From positions 1 through 8,284 of the forward strand of contig JAWQFM010000039.1 in assembly GCA_033442325.1 (NCBI GenBank): a DNA stretch of 8,284 bases. Reading direction: 5' to 3'. Positions within the stretch are counted from its first letter, which is position 1, and each line of letters begins with the position of its first letter. Source of the DNA: Salpingoeca rosetta. Lineage: Eukaryota > Protista > Choanoflagellata. Shown piece after piece: positions 7,754 through 8,284 of this stretch. The notes under the pieces are model-generated. The model saw only the letters and a program-made list of their open reading frames with translations. It was not told the origin of the DNA and made no database searches. The position numbers and the translations under genes are program-made.

Positions 7754-8248
7754 TCCACGCTCTCAGGCTACCCCCTTCTCCTCTTCACCAACGGAGAAGC
7801 AGACGTCAACGCCGGCCAAGGATGGGCCCGGCTCAAGGACCACTACGCTTCGCAGGACCGCCTCCGCATCGCAGAGCTCAAGGAGGCGCAGCTTCACGTC
7901 CCCTGCGGCAACCTCGCCCGCTTCTTCGAGCGACACATGGAGCTGCAGCAGCAGTTGCAGGACGCAGGCGTGCGCCAGGACAACGAGGACCTCTTCACCA
8001 TCGTCTGGAAGCAGCTGCCACGCTGGACAGCCCCGCTCACGCTTCCCTACTTTGCCAGTGGCCGCTTTCCCTCCCTCCTCGAGCTCAGCATCAGGCTGCA
8101 GCAGCTGGAGCAGCAGATGCGTGGTTCACGCACACAGCCGCAGGCAGGCGGCTTCATGGCAAGCGCACCGGCACGCAGAGGTGGAAGACGCGGCTTCTCA
8201 ACAGCAGCAACAACCACGGACGCCAGGGGAGGCAACAACGGGAGGTAA
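7754..8248 (+). pseudogene. Copia Gag fragment (UBN2/Retrotran_gag_2-like), 5'-interrupted
   Basis: Aligns by eye to E2 Gag: STLSGYPLLL~GVLTGHPLRL, WARLKDHY~LRRLRERY, QLQDAGVRQDNEDL~QLLAAGVSIPEDDL, QLP~ELP, FPSL~PPSL, LQQLEQQM~LIQEERRL. TAA at 8246-8248. Confidence 0.8.
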
Positions 8249-8284
8249 CGGCAACAGCTAACAGCAAGGGGCGCCGCTTGCGGC
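7754..8284 (+). mobile_element. E4: fragment of a divergent copia element, host of the E3 insertion; continues beyond the window
   Basis: Gag-like coding sequence starts immediately after the E3 LTR terminus. No nucleotide similarity to E2 gag is evident, but there is protein-level similarity. Confidence 0.75.

Overview
Eukaryotic, GC-rich and CA-microsatellite-rich DNA made entirely of Ty1/copia LTR-retrotransposon sequence. It is a four-level nest in which every junction falls exactly on an LTR terminus. E1 (+, 1-1036: 3' tail, PPT and 217-bp 3' LTR) is inserted in the pol gene of E2. E2 (-, 5234-1037: 337-bp 5' LTR, PBS, gag-PR-IN-RT) is inserted in the IN-RT linker of its ~98%-identical relative E3. 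E3 (+, 5235-7753: RT-RNase H, PPT, 453-bp 3' LTR) is inserted in the gag gene of a distant copia family, E4 (+, 7754-end). Main points of interest: (i) a primer-binding site matching the anticodon arm of an elongator-type tRNA-Met (half-tRNA priming), whose ATG is also in-frame gag codon 7, with the gag start inside the LTR; (ii) a ~126-nt non-coding block module shared by two families, single across the E3 pol stop and tandemly amplified in E1; (iii) sister elements with near-identical pol and LTR 3' part but unalignable U3 regions that keep the same ordered bZIP/bHLH-type motifs. All alignments and counts were done by eye. The host is unknown; the composition resembles a GC-rich unicellular eukaryote such as a choanoflagellate, but that is only a guess.
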